In this document: positions 62,444-64,000 of the stretch, in pieces
Position numbering within the stretch: position 1 is the stretch's first letter
How the letters are laid out: every line of letters starts with the position of its first letter
DNA from: an uncultured delta proteobacterium
Lineage (GTDB): Bacteria; Desulfobacterota; Binatia; DP-6
NCBI GenBank assembly: GCA_963815115.1
Contig: CAWFFN010000007.1
Location: 768,001 to 832,000 of the forward strand
Reading direction: 5' to 3'
DNA length: 64,000 nucleotides
The notes under the pieces: generated by a model
Told to the model about the DNA's origin: nothing
Databases searched by the model: none
Seen by the model: the letters and a program-made list of their open reading frames with translations, nothing else
Translations under genes and position numbers: made by a program

Positions 62444-63378
62444 CGGAGGCATCGAGCGACGACGGCTCGGCGCGCGCGCTGCTGCGCGAGCGCGAGCCGG
62501 TCTTCCTGCTCGACCGCAAGGGCCGGGGATACCTCCGCACGCTGCGCCCGGGCGCTCGCATGACCGTGCGCGGCGCCGCCGTCGCCTGCGATGCGGTCAT
62601 CGGCCGTCCCGAGGGATCGACGGTCGAGACCGCCGCCGGTGAACGGCTCCTCGTCCTGCGTCCGACCTACGCGCAGCTGATCCCGCGCCTGCCCCGCCAG
62701 GCGCAGCCGATCTATCCCAAGGACGTCGGTCCCCTGCTGCTCTGGGGAGACATCGGCCCGGGCGACCTCGTCGTCGAGATCGGAACCGGCCCCGCGGCCC
62801 TCACCCTCGCGTTGCTCCGCGCGGTCGGCCCCACGGGCCGTCTCGTCTCCTATGAGGTGCGGGAGGACTTCGCCGCCACGGCGCGCGACAACGTCGCTCG
62901 CTACCACGGACCGGCTCCCAACTGGACGCTCCGGGTGGCCGACGCGTTTGCCGGTCTCGTCGAGCGCGGCGTCGATCGCATGGTCGTGGACCTCGCGGAG
63001 CCCTGGCAGCTGCTCGATCACATCGCAGCCGCCTTGCGTCCCGGTGGAGTCCTCACCGCGTTCGTCCCCACGGTGCTGCAGGTGAAGGAGCACGTCGACG
63101 CGCTCCGGGCCCACGAGCGCTTCGACGCGGTCGAGGCCCTCGAGACCCTGCTGCGGTTCTGGCACGTGAGCGCGCGCAGCGTGCGCCCGGAGCACCGCAT
63201 GGTGGCGCACACCGGGTTTCTCGTCGTCGCGCGGCGCGTTGCCGACACGCTGCGGACGGGTTCAGAATTGACTCCCTCAAACCCCTTTGGTACCGAGGAG
63301 TTGGACGCGAGCCACGCCGCAGGGTCGACGCACGATGACGAAGGCGGAGATCCGCCAGAGGATCTGGAAGACGATTGA
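62440..63378 (+). CDS. trmI: tRNA (adenine58-N1)-methyltransferase
   Basis: LRPT, PRQAQPIYPKD, EIGTG, YEVREDF, DLAEPW, VRPEHRMVAHTGFL. Confidence 0.9.
   Translation: MTEASSDDGSARALLREREPVFLLDRKGRGYLRTLRPGARMTVRGAAVACDAVIGRPEGSTVETAAGERLLVLRPTYAQLIPRLPRQAQPIYPKDVGPLLLWGDIGPGDLVVEIGTGPAALTLALLRAVGPTGRLVSYEVREDFAATARDNVARYHGPAPNWTLRVADAFAGLVERGVDRMVVDLAEPWQLLDHIAAALRPGGVLTAFVPTVLQVKEHVDALRAHERFDAVEALETLLRFWHVSARSVRPEHRMVAHTGFLVVARRVADTLRTGSELTPSNPFGTEELDASHAAGSTHDDEGGDPPEDLEDD
63268..63296 (+). promoter_or_regulatory. possible internal promoter in the trmI tail
   Basis: TTGACT-N17-TACCGA in an AT-richer patch. Confidence 0.4.
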
Positions 63379-64000
63379 GCGCGAAGGCGTCGGCCGCTTC
63401 CCGTTCTCGCCTGGTCGCATCCCGAACTTCGTCGGGGCCGAGCAGGCGGCCCAGCTGCTGCGCGAGATGGCCGTCTGGCGCCGTGCTCTCGTGGTCAAGG
63501 TGAATCCCGACGCGCCCCAGCTCCCGGTCCGCCGCCTCGCCCTCGAGGAGGGCAAGATCGTCTACATGGCGGTTCCACGCCTACGCACCGAGAAGTGCTT
63601 CATCGAGATCGACCCGCAGCGCTTCGGCAAGCGCGCCGCGCTCGCCGCGAGCATCGGGGGCGCGTGTCGCTTCGGGCGCGCGGTGTCGCCTCGCGAGATG
63701 CGGCCCGTCGACCTGATCGTGTGCGGCTCGGTCGGCGTGGGACGCGACGGGGCGCGGGTCGGCAAGGGCGGCGGATACTGCGATCTCGAGTACGGCCTGC
63801 TCCGCGAAGAAGGCAAGGTCCGCGAGTCGACCCCCATCCTCACCACGGTGCATCCGCTGCAGCTCACTCCCGACCGGATTCCGATGCTGCCGCACGACCT
63901 GCCGGTGGATTTCCTCGTGACGCCCTCGGAGGTGATCGCCACCCGTCCGGCACATCCACGGCCCCGGGGCATCTACTGGGACCTGCTGCGCTCGCTCAGG
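63335..64000 (+). CDS. 5-formyl-THF cyclo-ligase paralog (COG0212/MTHFSD type), 3' end truncated by the window
   Basis: Manual translation: MTKAEIRQRIW...GRIPNFVGAEQAA...KVNPDAPQ...MAVPRL...GARVGKGGGYCDLEY...TTVHPLQ...HDLPVD. Confidence 0.85.
   Translation, partial: MTKAEIRQRIWKTIEREGVGRFPFSPGRIPNFVGAEQAAQLLREMAVWRRALVVKVNPDAPQLPVRRLALEEGKIVYMAVPRLRTEKCFIEIDPQRFGKRAALAASIGGACRFGRAVSPREMRPVDLIVCGSVGVGRDGARVGKGGGYCDLEYGLLREEGKVRESTPILTTVHPLQLTPDRIPMLPHDLPVDFLVTPSEVIATRPAHPRPRGIYWDLLRSLR

Overview
High-GC (roughly 70-75%) diderm bacterial core-genome segment. Gene content and style suggest a Deltaproteobacteria-like lineage such as Ca. Binatia (inference only). Most genes are on the minus strand, in long translationally coupled operons. 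Going left to right: a VWA + AAA+ ATPase pair; HIT, ihfB, rpsA, cmk, aroA, tyrA, hisC, pheA; miaA, mutL, pgi; rfaE2 and rpmB; a 1.4-kb accessory islet (RAYT/IS200-like HUH transposase plus a decayed secreted-protein gene); ridA, rel, an archaeal-type NMP kinase and yicC; a ~26-kb LPS core/lipid A cluster; skp, bamA, lolD, lolC/E, lysS; a large NxxGxxAF-repeat secreted protein; plsB; rluA; two small Zn-finger genes; and a ttuB-ttuA-trmI-COG0212 operon. No rRNA, tRNA or CRISPR array was seen. The most notable features are: (i) an archaeal-type CMP-kinase gene in the usual gmk-rpoZ slot; (ii) a FabZ-LpxA fusion with an apparent ATC start and G10 tract, with no lpxD in the cluster; (iii) a Thermus-like tRNA T-loop modification operon linked to an orphan COG0212 gene and facing two uncharacterised Zn proteins; (iv) a perfect 28-bp inverted REP-like pair and a RAYT-like nuclease; (v) many apparently leaderless genes. 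A dense burst of frameshifts at 30.5-32.9 kb is probably an assembly artefact.
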